A stretch of 61,536 nucleotides of DNA, filler included. It is 4 parts of 4 records of this genome, joined end to end, with 100 filler letters (N's around TTAATTAATTAA, not from the genome) between each part and the next. Parts side by side here need not be neighbours in the genome. Positions count along the whole stretch, not along the records: positions 18,354 to 30,589 come from SRR20825019_447; positions 30,690 to 40,904 come from SRR20825019_453; 2 more parts are not named here. One strand, given 5' to 3'. Made by a program: the position numbers and the translations under genes. Below are positions 26,113 through 35,310 of this stretch, in pieces. Numbering within the stretch: the first letter of the stretch is position 1; every line of letters begins with the position of its first letter. The notes under the pieces are model-generated. The model searched no databases and was not told the DNA's origin. It saw nothing but the letters and a program-made list of their open reading frames with translations.

Positions 26113-27636
26113 TTACTTGCCGTTTTCCGTGCTGACATTCCAGAAATAGGGCCAGGGCGACGGCTGGAAATTCTCAAGCGTCACGGCCTCGGCGCTCAGC
26201 GAGTTGAAATCACCAACCTTGAACACGGGCGCGTCTTCATAAAAGGCTTCCTGAACCTTGGCGAACAGTTCCTTGCGCTTTTCCGGATCGGATTCGGCCA
26301 GGAAGGGTTCGGTTGCGGCATGCTTGGCGTCGGAAGCCCACCAACCCGGATAGTCATCCGACATCCAGCCATTGAGCGCCGGTTCGGCCGGGAACGGACC
26401 GTGGGTGATGAAGATATCCCAAAGCGCCGGGTCGGCACGGCGCTGCGTAAGCGTTGCCCAGTCATAGACTTCAAGCTCAACCGGGAAACCGGCCATTTTC
26501 AGATATTCGGCAGCAACCTGAGCCATCTTGTAGTGGAACTCATATTGGCGGCTGGTCAGAATGCGCAACGGGCTGCCATCATATCCGGCTTCATCGAGCA
26601 TCTTCTTTGCAGCCATCGGGTCGGCGTCGCCATAACGCTCGATCCCTGCTTCGGTGTGCCAGACGTAACCTTCGGGATAAAGAGCGCCATCGACGGCAAA
26701 GAAGCGCGGATCGCCGAAGGCGGCAAGCAGCATATCTTCCGGGTTCAGCGCTTCCTGAACGGCATGGCGGATGCCCTTGTTGGTCATCATGCCCTGTTTG
26801 GTATTCATCACGAAGACCGGCGCGCCATAGGGATCAAGAACGACGGGCACAGCCTGATCGGAGTCTTCGATACGGCTGAAGTTCTCTGTCGGCAGCGATT
26901 CTGCAAAGTCGAACTGTCCTGAAACGATGCCTTCGAGGCGCGTATTGGGATCGGCAACCGGCACGAACCGGATTTCATCAAGCACCGCCTCGCGCTTTCC
27001 GCTGAAGCCGTTGGCCGGCTCGGAGCGGGCTGCGTAGTCATCGAAGCGAACGAGCTGGATATACTGGTCGGGCCTGTGCTCTTTCAGCATATAGGGACCG
27101 GTGCCGATGATCTTGGTGAGCGGTTCGGCCATGTCTTCCTTCGGCATGATGACAGCGGCCGAATTGTTGAAGGCAAGCAGCGACATGAGTGGCGCATATG
27201 GCTCGCTCAGCACGATACGCACGCTGTCATCGCCGGTAGCCGTCACGTCCTTGATGTAAGGCGCGGCCTGCTTGCCGCGTGAAGCGATGTCCATCCAGCG
27301 CTCGATGGCGGCAACGACATCGCTTGAATCCATGATCGTACCGTCATGGAACGGGACGCTGTCCCTGAGCTTGATATCGTAGACGGTACCGCCCTCTGAT
27401 ATCTCGGGCATCGTCTCGGCCAGCAGCGGAACGACATTCCACTTGTCATCATAGGTGAACAGCGTTTCGAAAATGTGCTGGGTCGTCATCCCGACGACAT
27501 CGGCGGTGGACGCCATGGGGTCCAGTGTCGGCGGCTCGCCGATCGTGGCGACATCAATGATCCCGTCAGCCAGAGCGACGGCCGGAGCGAGCGGCAAGAT
27601 CATGCAGGTTGCTGCAAGCAGCATTCGTTTCATCAT
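26113..27636 (-). CDS. ABC transporter solute-binding protein, family 5 (DppA-like)
   Basis: Signal peptide, PPTLDP, IFETLF, FHDGT, IGTGPY. Confidence 0.92.
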   Translation of the reverse strand: MMKRMLLAATCMILPLAPAVALADGIIDVATIGEPPTLDPMASTADVVGMTTQHIFETLFTYDDKWNVVPLLAETMPEISEGGTVYDIKLRDSVPFHDGTIMDSSDVVAAIERWMDIASRGKQAAPYIKDVTATGDDSVRIVLSEPYAPLMSLLAFNNSAAVIMPKEDMAEPLTKIIGTGPYMLKEHRPDQYIQLVRFDDYAARSEPANGFSGKREAVLDEIRFVPVADPNTRLEGIVSGQFDFAESLPTENFSRIEDSDQAVPVVLDPYGAPVFVMNTKQGMMTNKGIRHAVQEALNPEDMLLAAFGDPRFFAVDGALYPEGYVWHTEAGIERYGDADPMAAKKMLDEAGYDGSPLRILTSRQYEFHYKMAQVAAEYLKMAGFPVELEVYDWATLTQRRADPALWDIFITHGPFPAEPALNGWMSDDYPGWWASDAKHAATEPFLAESDPEKRKELFAKVQEAFYEDAPVFKVGDFNSLSAEAVTLENFQPSPWPYFWNVSTENGK

Positions 27637-27656
27637 CAGGAAGTCCCCTTCATTTA

Positions 27657-27675
27657 TTCCGTTATAATGTAATAA
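27657..27675. promoter_or_regulatory. Candidate IclR operator TTCCGTTATAATGTAATAA
   Basis: Upstream of the SBP operon; near copy of 20165-20183. Confidence 0.55.
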
Positions 27676-27805
27676 CAGGTATTATTATGATATTAATGAT
27701 CAGATAAATTCGACTGTCAAGTGCCCGCTCTGGCTTTCGGAGGAAGACGGCAGGGAACAAGCCCGTGTTCGTGGCAATTGACTGACCCGGAACGGGTCTT
27801 GGCGG

Positions 27806-27850
27806 GCCATTGACGCCATTGACGCCATTGACGCCGATGACGACGATGAC
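27806..27850. repeat. 9-bp tandem repeat: (GCCATTGAC)x3 plus two degenerate units
   Basis: Read directly from the sequence. Confidence 0.85.
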
Positions 27851-28395
27851 GCCGTGCTCGGCATTCCGGTTCAGGCTCGCAGCTACACCAAGCCCATACG
27901 GAAGCTGGCGCCAGATGCTGATCATCGGGGCCACAAAGACCTGAACAACAGAATTGAACACTCCCGCCGTCCAATGGGAAAGCGAGAGAGAAGATCATGG
28001 GACGGTTCAGATCACCTCACCAGGCGCGGATAGAGGCCTTCTGCCTGTGGGCCGATTCCACGGCAGAAATGGAGGTTTGAAAAACGGTCGGATCGCTATC
28101 GATGACAACCGACTTGGCAATGCCTCCGAGATACATGATCGCCTGCCATCGCCGGGCTGAAGTCAGTTTTCACATGGAGCCCGGCATTGCCGAAAAGGCG
28201 CTATCCTGTGCTGGCTTTTGATCGGGTCGGCCTGGAGGCGATCTCGACGGCGCCGGTATGACGCGGATCATTTCTGTCGAGGTTCAGCCAGGTTGTCTTC
28301 CGGACATGGCGTTTATCGGCCTCCGCTGACGAGGCAAGAGGCGCAGAGCATATGGCCGTAACACAAGCCTGACACGAACGCCTCGGGCCGATCCG

Positions 28396-29370
28396 TCAGC
28401 TCTCCACCGGTTCGAGCGCGCTGCGGGCGTAGTGCTGGGCGATGACCGCGCAGATCATCAGTTGCATCTGGTGAAACAGCATCAGCGGCAGAACGATCGC
28501 GCCGACGCTTTGTCCGGCAAAGATCGCGCCGGCCATCGGGACGCCGCTTGCAAGGCTTTTCTTCGATCCGCAGAACACGATGGCGATCTCGTCGGCGCGC
28601 GAAAAGCCGAGCGCCCGGCTGCCGAACATGGTCACCGTCAGCACCACTGCCAGCATCAGCGCGTTGATGACCACGAGTTCGCCGAGATCGGCGAGCGAGA
28701 GTTGCAGCCAGAGGCCTTCGGCGACGGCGGTCGAAAAGGCGAGATAGACCACCATCAGGATCGAGCCGCGATCGACCGGCGACAGGATTTTCTTGTGACT
28801 GCGCACCCAGTCTCCGATCCACGGCATCAGAAGCTGGCCGACGATGAAGGGTACAAGCAGTTGCAGCAGGATCTGGTAGAGCGCATCGAAGGAAAACCCG
28901 CCATGTCCGCCGGCAGACAGCATGATGCCGATCAGCAGCGGGGTCGCGAACATGCCGACGATGTTGGAGGCGGTCGCCGCGCAGATCGCCGCTGGAACAT
29001 TTCCGCCGGCCATCGAGGTGAAGGCGATAGAGGACTGCACCGTGGATGGCAGCACGGCGATGAACAGGATGCCGGCCAGCATGCCGTCTGGCAATTCGAA
29101 CGGCAGAAGATGAGCAATGCCGAATCCCAATAGCGGAAAGATGCCGAACGTCGTCACGAGAATGGCGAGGTGCAGGCGCCAGTGCAAAAGACCGCCGAGC
29201 ACCACCTGGCGCGACAATCGTGCCCCCTGCAGGAAGAACAGCAGCGCGATTGCGCATTTGGTGGCAATCGCGAACCAGACCGCCGCCACGCCGGTCACCG
29301 GCAGCAGGGAGGCCAGCGCCACGGTGGCCAGCAGGAGAAGAGTGAACTGATCGGGCAGAAAACGACGCAT
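28396..29370 (-). CDS. Bile acid:sodium symporter family protein (YfeH-like)
   Basis: LPSTVQSSIAFTSMAGGNV, FCGSKKSLASGVPMA, PLMLFHQMQL. Confidence 0.9.
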   Translation of the reverse strand: MRRFLPDQFTLLLLATVALASLLPVTGVAAVWFAIATKCAIALLFFLQGARLSRQVVLGGLLHWRLHLAILVTTFGIFPLLGFGIAHLLPFELPDGMLAGILFIAVLPSTVQSSIAFTSMAGGNVPAAICAATASNIVGMFATPLLIGIMLSAGGHGGFSFDALYQILLQLLVPFIVGQLLMPWIGDWVRSHKKILSPVDRGSILMVVYLAFSTAVAEGLWLQLSLADLGELVVINALMLAVVLTVTMFGSRALGFSRADEIAIVFCGSKKSLASGVPMAGAIFAGQSVGAIVLPLMLFHQMQLMICAVIAQHYARSALEPVES

Positions 29371-29403
29371 GTCGGTCCTTGGGGGAATGTTTGCCTGTCA
29401 GCT

Positions 29404-30288
29404 TCAGCGCGCGCGCGGGTCAAGCGCGTCGCGCAGACCGTCACCGAGGAGATTGAAGGCAAGGACTGTGGAGAAGATCGCGATTCCGGGCCACATCGCC
29501 ATCCACGGCGCGCTGGAGATGTAGCGCTGCGCGGTGTTCAGCATCGAGCCCCAGGAGGGGTCCGGCGGCTGCAGGCCAAGGCCGAGGAAGGACAGGCTCG
29601 CCTCCGAGATAATGGCGGAGGCGATCGTCAGCGTCGCCTGTACGGTGAGCTGCGGCAGGATATTGGGCAGGATGTGACGCACCGCGATGCGCCAGCGCGG
29701 ATTGCCGACGACGCTGGCCGCCTCGACATACTCCTCGTTGCGGATCGACAGAACCTGTCCACGCGCAAGCCGGATGAAGAGCGGCGTCGCGGTGATGCCG
29801 ATGGCGATCATCGCATTGGTGAGGCTCGGCCCGAGGAACGAGGCGAGCGCGATGGCGAGGATCAGCGACGGGCAGGCCAGCAGCGCATCCGTGAACCGGC
29901 TGATGAAACCGTCTGTAATGCCGCCGAGAAAGCCCGCGGCAAGCCCGAGCGGCACGCCGATCGCAATCGCGATCGCAACCGAGGTCAGGCCCGCCAGCAG
30001 CGAGGCGCGCGTGCCCCAGATGATGCGCGAGAGAATGTCGCGGCCGACTTCGTCCGTGCCCATCCAGTGGGCAAGCGAGGGTGCCTGACGCACCGCTGTC
30101 CAGCTTTGCGCGGTCGGGTCGTAAGGAGCGAGCAGCGGTGCGAAGGCTGCGATGAAAAGCATGAACAGCACGACGAACAGGCCGACAAGTGCGCTTTTGC
30201 GGCGGCAAAGACGCCGCCAGACGCGGCTGTGAAAAAAGCCGAGGACGGGAAAACGTGCGGCCTTCTCGGTTTCCGGGATCGCTGACAT
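29404..30288 (-). CDS. ABC permease (DppC-like), second system
   Basis: MGTDEVGRDILSR, EYVEAA, LRDALDPR. Confidence 0.92.
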   Translation of the reverse strand: MSAIPETEKAARFPVLGFFHSRVWRRLCRRKSALVGLFVVLFMLFIAAFAPLLAPYDPTAQSWTAVRQAPSLAHWMGTDEVGRDILSRIIWGTRASLLAGLTSVAIAIAIGVPLGLAAGFLGGITDGFISRFTDALLACPSLILAIALASFLGPSLTNAMIAIGITATPLFIRLARGQVLSIRNEEYVEAASVVGNPRWRIAVRHILPNILPQLTVQATLTIASAIISEASLSFLGLGLQPPDPSWGSMLNTAQRYISSAPWMAMWPGIAIFSTVLAFNLLGDGLRDALDPRAR

Positions 30289-30290
30289 GG

Positions 30291-30589
30291 TTAGCCTCGC
30301 AGTCTCGGATTGACGAGTATGTACCCGATATCCGCCAACAGGTTGAGAAGGATGTAGAACACGGCCGTGACCAGAACCACGCCCTGGACCACCGGATAAT
30401 CGCGGGTAAACACCGCGTCGACGATGAGCTTGCCAAAGCCGGGAATGGTGAAAATCTGTTCGGTCAGCACGGCCCCGCCGAGCAGGGTGCCGAATTCAAG
30501 CGCGCCAAGCGTGATGATCGGCGTCAGCGCGTTGCGCATCGCGTGTTTGAACACGACTTTCCATTCGCTGAGGCCCTTGGCGCGGGCGG
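30291..30589 (-). CDS. ABC permease (DppB-like), C-terminal fragment
   Basis: ARAKGL..KHAMRNAL, RDYPVVQG. Confidence 0.9.
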
Positions 30590-30689
30590 NNNNNNNNNNN
30601 NNNNNNNNNNNNNNNNNNNNNNNNNNNNNNNNNTTAATTAATTAANNNNNNNNNNNNNNNNNNNNNNNNNNNNNNNNNNNNNNNNNNNN
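30590..30689. other. Artificial contig spacer
   Basis: N44-TTAATTAATTAA-N44. Confidence 0.98.
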
Positions 30690-30713
30690 CTGGTTCGATT
30701 CCTGGAGGTACCA
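30690..30713 (+). tRNA. 3' end of a tRNA (T-arm and acceptor), probably tRNA-Phe, cut by the contig start
   Basis: CTGGTTCGATTCCTGGAGGTACCA has the T-loop consensus. The anticodon is not visible, so the isotype is recalled from Bacteroidota tRNA-Phe. Confidence 0.7.
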
Positions 30714-30714
30714 C

Positions 30715-30748
30715 AAAAAAACCCGCAAACTTGGTTTGTGGGTTTTTT
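30715..30748. terminator. Bidirectional intrinsic terminator
   Basis: A-run, ACCCGCAAAC-TTG-GTTTGTGGGT stem-loop, T-run. Confidence 0.8.
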
Positions 30749-30774
30749 GTTTACTTAAAATCCATTGCTACATT

Positions 30775-31771
30775 TTAGTAGGCCGTAAAATATTCTATTC
30801 GTTCAATGTCTTCTAAATTTCCACATAATGGCACAATCTTCGAGTAAGGAGGATCCATAACCAAACCACAATTATCCAATTTTGCATTATCATAACGATA
30901 ACTTCCGTCGTCTTGTAAAAGAAAAGTCAATTTTTCTACTCCGTCCTTTTCTTCCACCAAAGGAGTACATACTTGATATGGCCTTTCTATTTGAAAACTT
31001 GCAACTGATTTATTTTGAAATATAATTCTTGCACCAACTTTTTGTCCTTTTGAATAGTTCAATATTTTGGTTTTATCTACCAAATCATAATTAATTGGGA
31101 TACAGTATTCTGTTAGTTGTTTTAATTTTCCGGTAATACTTTGTACTGAGTTATCATGTATAGGTGTCCAAATAGCCCTCACTTCTCTTTGGTTTTTGTA
31201 TTCCTCAGGCTTAAAATATACTGATTGCAATGGATTCATTAATAATGAATTGGTTTTTGAATTAATTCCAGGATTTTTTTCGAATAACGTTTTTCCTTCA
31301 TAAATACATTTCCCTACAGATGCTAAATTGAAACCTTTAATCGAATCAGAAATTAAATTGAAAAACAATTTAGGTTTTGTTATTAGTACACAAGAATCCT
31401 TTCCATCTGCAATTGCTTGATTTAACGAATCAGAAAAAAAAATGACTAGTAGTGCAATATACTAGTACTCTATAAATATTGATTTCATGCTCAAGTTTTA
31501 GGTCTTTTGCAGTAATAAAATTTAAAGGATTAAGGTTATTAAGTAATAAACCATTCGCATCCTTTATATAACCTTCATAAAAATCATACTCATTTTCAAT
31601 ATGTAGAATTCCCTCCAATGAGTCATGAATTTGATTCTGATATTTGAGACTATCTCTGAATTCTTGAATTTTTGAAAGCCTAAAACTTCCGTTGATAACA
31701 AGTTCATTAGCCCACTTTTTTGAAAGAAACTTAAACAAGGGATATATTTGATTACTTTTTTTGTTTTTCAT
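30775..31771 (-). pseudogene. AT-rich hypothetical gene split by a +1 frameshift in a T9 run (331 aa when repaired)
   Basis: Removing one base from the A9 at 31434-31442 fuses ORFs 31430-31771 and 30775-31368: ..YCTTSHFFSDSLNQAIADGKDSCVLITKPKLFFNLI.. Confidence 0.75.
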
Positions 31772-31907
31772 TCAGAAAAGTTAATAATATTTTTTTTCAG
31801 CTTACAGGTACTCATATACGCAAGAAACACTTCTATACCTCCAAATTAGGAATAAAGCCGATAATTAATAGCGTTTTTTACCTGAACTAAAGGGTGGTGA
31901 TTGGGTT

Positions 31908-32141
31908 CTATTCATCAAAACCCTCAGCAAAAAATTCAGGTATACTTAAATCAAAATAGGTAGATATTCTTTTGATGGTGCTGAACTTTGGGTCCCATTT
32001 GCCAGTTTCAATTCGTCCAAAATGAATTCCAGTATCATTGTAGGCGTCTTCTTGGGTAAGATTTTTAGCTTCTCTCAAGCCCTTAATCCGGCTAGCTAAG
32101 TCCTTCAAAAAATCAACATTTTGGTCGTGGTTGTCCATCAT
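31908..32141 (-). CDS. XRE-family HTH protein
   Basis: RIKGLREAKNLTQED..GRIETGKWDPKFSTI. Confidence 0.85.
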   Translation of the reverse strand: MMDNHDQNVDFLKDLASRIKGLREAKNLTQEDAYNDTGIHFGRIETGKWDPKFSTIKRISTYFDLSIPEFFAEGFDE

Positions 32142-32470
32142 ACGACAGCAATGTCAAAATTTTAGGTGTCGAAATTAATGACGTAAACGTCATTTTGTCT
32201 AAATTTGAAGAATCCCAATCATTAAAATTACCTACCATGCCATCAAATCCTATTTCATCCATTTTCAACAACTTCCTCCACCAAACCTCCCCTGCCCCGT
32301 TGCAAATCACTTTTGCAACCCTAGAAATCCACAACTCCCAAAACGGGCATTACCTTAAACAAGTACAACGGCCGCAGAGCCGCCTTATCCTTAAAAAAAT
32401 GCCTTGCAGCGATGTAGCCGAACTTACGGTACTGGACAATCTGGTGTTCAGTTTTTCCTTTCAATTCCGT

Positions 32471-32701
32471 ATGCTGCAAACCAAAGAGTCCCATACTATA
32501 GAAATGCTGTCCCTGCCCCGCCCCTTGGACCACGGCAAGCTGTTTATAGATGAAGAAAAATTAATACTATCCTTTAGGATAGATGCCCCGGACCCATCAC
32601 TTAGGGTGGAGGTCATGCATACCTACCAAGGCATTTGCGACCTAAAAGAGCTCTCCCCGCAATTTTCCAGCGAACCGGTAAGGCAGCAAGACAACGGTTA
32701 G
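32471..32701 (+). CDS. Small hypothetical protein
   Basis: ATG 32471 inside ORF 32195-32701; start uncertain. Confidence 0.4.
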   Translation: MLQTKESHTIEMLSLPRPLDHGKLFIDEEKLILSFRIDAPDPSLRVEVMHTYQGICDLKELSPQFSSEPVRQQDNG

Positions 32702-33735
32702 CCCCCCACTTGGGCGCTTTTTTTACTGTTCTTGAATTCACTGGGGCTCAGCCCAAATTTCTCCTTAAAGATCTTGGAAAAATAACTCCGGCTCGTAAAC
32801 CCGATGGAGTAGACGACTTCGGAGATGTTCATTTCGGTGGTGGCAATGTAGTTTCTGGCCAGTTCCAGGCGGGCATGCCTAATATATTCGGTCACCGTTT
32901 TGTTGTAGAGCAGTTTAAAGCCTTCCTGTAGTTTGGCCTGGGTAAGCCCGGTCTCGGCGGAAATGTCCTCCAACGAAAAATCCTTGGCAATGTTTTTTTC
33001 TATCTTTTTGGCATAGTTGCGAACCACTTTTAACTCCCTTTTCAGCAAACTGGTCTGCGGTCTTTTGTCCAACACCTCTTTGTTGTGCTGCACCATGTGC
33101 ATGGATAGAATCTGGTATACCAGCCCCTCGATCATCATAATGCGGATCATGCCCTTGGTCTTCACCTTTTTTATGGCCGTTACCACCTCGGCCATTTTTA
33201 GGTTGTAGGATCCATAGTAGGCAAAAACCTTTTCGTGGTCGGTATCCAAAAATACTTGGTACAGCTTTTTATTGAGTTCTTCGCCCTGGTTCAATCTTTT
33301 GCGCAAAAATGGTTTTCTGCGCACCTGTATCACGGTTTGGGAAATTTTTACATCCTTGGGAAAATACCTGTCAGTAATCCCACAATCGCGATTGGTAAGG
33401 ATAACGGACTGGAACTGCTCCATGATCTTGATCTTTTCTTCTGGCTGGTACCCGAACTTGTGCCCGCAATAGCCCTCCAAACAATAATAGAAGCTGATCG
33501 GATTAAAGTCCGTTGTGTCCACTTCTATCAAAACCTCATCAAAAAAGGTAATGTCCAACTCCAACAAGCTCACGCCCCAGTCAAACGTTATAAAACGTAT
33601 AGTGCCCTTTGCCTTGTCATTGGAAACTTTCAACTGGTGCTGCCCCCACTGTTCTTCGATAGCTCCTCCTAAAACATTTTTTATCTGCTCTACAGATTCC
33701 GCAGTATCCTGGGCCTTTACTTTAATTTTGATCAT
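32698..33735 (-). CDS. AraC-family transcriptional regulator
   Basis: C-terminal KLQEGFKLLY..NISEVVYSIGFTSRSYFSKIFKEKFGLSPSEF. Confidence 0.92.
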   Translation of the reverse strand: MIKIKVKAQDTAESVEQIKNVLGGAIEEQWGQHQLKVSNDKAKGTIRFITFDWGVSLLELDITFFDEVLIEVDTTDFNPISFYYCLEGYCGHKFGYQPEEKIKIMEQFQSVILTNRDCGITDRYFPKDVKISQTVIQVRRKPFLRKRLNQGEELNKKLYQVFLDTDHEKVFAYYGSYNLKMAEVVTAIKKVKTKGMIRIMMIEGLVYQILSMHMVQHNKEVLDKRPQTSLLKRELKVVRNYAKKIEKNIAKDFSLEDISAETGLTQAKLQEGFKLLYNKTVTEYIRHARLELARNYIATTEMNISEVVYSIGFTSRSYFSKIFKEKFGLSPSEFKNSKKSAQVGG

Positions 33736-33914
33736 TAGGTCTACAACTGACTTTTGTTTGATTATTGGGTCTAAATCCTATAAATATACTCTTTGTTGGC
33801 CTTTGTACAAGGTCGGGGGCCTAATTACATATATCAAAAGCAACACGATTAAAACTATTTGCGTCAACCTTTCCGAGCTTCTTTTGCTTACTTGGGATCA
33901 TATTATAGAAGATT

Positions 33915-34598
33915 ATGATTTACAAACTTTCAAATGAAGCTAGCACAAGTGAGATAGAAAAGGAGTTTGGAATTCCCTTCAGATATCCAAATTTATACAC
34001 TCCCAACCCATTGATCAACGGCTTTAATGAGACCAACATAAGCGTGGTGACGATGGAGAACAAAAATGAGATAACATTTGCCATCTGGGGCCTTATGCCG
34101 CAGGATTTTAAAGAAGATTGGTACATTTTCCAAGACAATGCCAATACTTTGAACGTGCAACTGGATGAATTGGAAAACGTTTCTTGGATGAAGGATTCCT
34201 TTAAAGAAAGGCGTTGCGTGATCATTGTCACCGGATTTTACACCCATTTGTTGGACAACGGGAATACCTGTAGCTATTATATTCAACAAGAATCTGAAAA
34301 GCCGTTCTACTTGGCGGGCACATACAATATGTTGAACGATGGATTTTTATGTACCGCCCTGATGGTCGGCAAAACCGACACATTTGTTTCGAACTACCAC
34401 AACATCAGCAACCTTGCCCCCATTATTGTTCCAAAGGAAAAAGTATCGGTTTGGCTGAACGATGGCCATGACATGGAAAGCCTAAAAGGAATTATTGAAA
34501 GGCCACATAACACCAAGTTGAAGGCCAAACGTATTTCCAACGAATTCTTTCTAAAAAACTTGACCTCAAATTATCAGATAGATTCCCTGTTTTCCTAA
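33915..34598 (+). CDS. SRAP (SOS response-associated peptidase/YedK)-family protein with a degenerate active site
   Basis: AIWGLMP, SFKERRCVIIVTGFY, PFYLAGTY, APIIV..WL; starts MIY instead of MC. Confidence 0.75.
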   Translation: MIYKLSNEASTSEIEKEFGIPFRYPNLYTPNPLINGFNETNISVVTMENKNEITFAIWGLMPQDFKEDWYIFQDNANTLNVQLDELENVSWMKDSFKERRCVIIVTGFYTHLLDNGNTCSYYIQQESEKPFYLAGTYNMLNDGFLCTALMVGKTDTFVSNYHNISNLAPIIVPKEKVSVWLNDGHDMESLKGIIERPHNTKLKAKRISNEFFLKNLTSNYQIDSLFS

Positions 34599-34755
34599 AA
34601 AATGAATACAAACCATTATGCATCAATATATTAAGGTTCTATTTTTTTGAGTCAACATATAATCGGAAAACGGCAAGCTTCGGGAAAAAAGTAAACGACA
34701 TTTGTAATGTACCGATTAAAGGATAATCGGACACTAACTTAAAAACACTACTATT

Positions 34756-34917
34756 ATGTTACGTTGGACAATCATCTTTATCATCTTGGCCATTATTGCC
34801 GGTGTATTCGGTTTTGGTGGAATCGCTGCAGGTGCAGCAAGTATAGCCAAGATTCTATTCTTCATATTTATTGTGCTGTTTATCATATCGTTGATATCAG
34901 GAAGAAAAAGATTATAA
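34756..34917 (+). CDS. DUF1328 (YtjA-like) small membrane protein, 53 aa, not in the ORF track
   Basis: [53 protein letters not shown]. Confidence 0.9.
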   Translation: MLRWTIIFIILAIIAGVFGFGGIAAGAASIAKILFFIFIVLFIISLISGRKRL

Positions 34918-34962
34918 AACCAAGAAATACAATAAAATCATTAACCCTTAAATATAGAACCC

Positions 34963-35172
34963 ATGAGAAAATCAATAAGTTTATTCGCAATTTTTATGAC
35001 AATGGCGCTTACCTTGAGTATGACGAGTTGCAGAGAAACAAATGAAGATAAGGCAGAAGATGCCATAGAAGAAGTAGAGGATGCTGCTGAAGATGTAGGT
35101 GATGGTATCGAAGACGCGGCCGAAGACGTTGAAGACGAAGTAGAGGACGCTACAGACGACAGCCCTCAATAA
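34963..35172 (+). CDS. Small acidic lipoprotein with EDAAED repeats
   Basis: Signal peptide with lipobox MTSC; repetitive acidic mature part. Confidence 0.8.
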   Translation: MRKSISLFAIFMTMALTLSMTSCRETNEDKAEDAIEEVEDAAEDVGDGIEDAAEDVEDEVEDATDDSPQ

Positions 35173-35194
35173 AATAACCATTAGCACACACTGG

Positions 35195-35226
35195 AAAAAC
35201 TCTGGCACCATCGCCAGAGTTTTTTT
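35195..35226 (+). terminator. Intrinsic terminator
   Basis: AAAAACTCTGGC-ACCATC-GCCAGAGTTTTTTT. Confidence 0.8.
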
Positions 35227-35310
35227 GATTCGCACCAATTTTACCCCAAAATACGGGAGCGGTAAATTCATTTCGTTATACCTTAGGAGAAACAAACACC
35301 ACCATTAGCT

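Noticed and set aside
27806..27850. Possible CRISPR array
   Set aside because: 9-bp units with no spacers and no cas genes. No CRISPR array was seen anywhere in the window.
34764..35045. 93-aa ORF in the track
   Set aside because: Wrong frame; the real genes are DUF1328 (34756-34917) and the lipoprotein (34963-35172).
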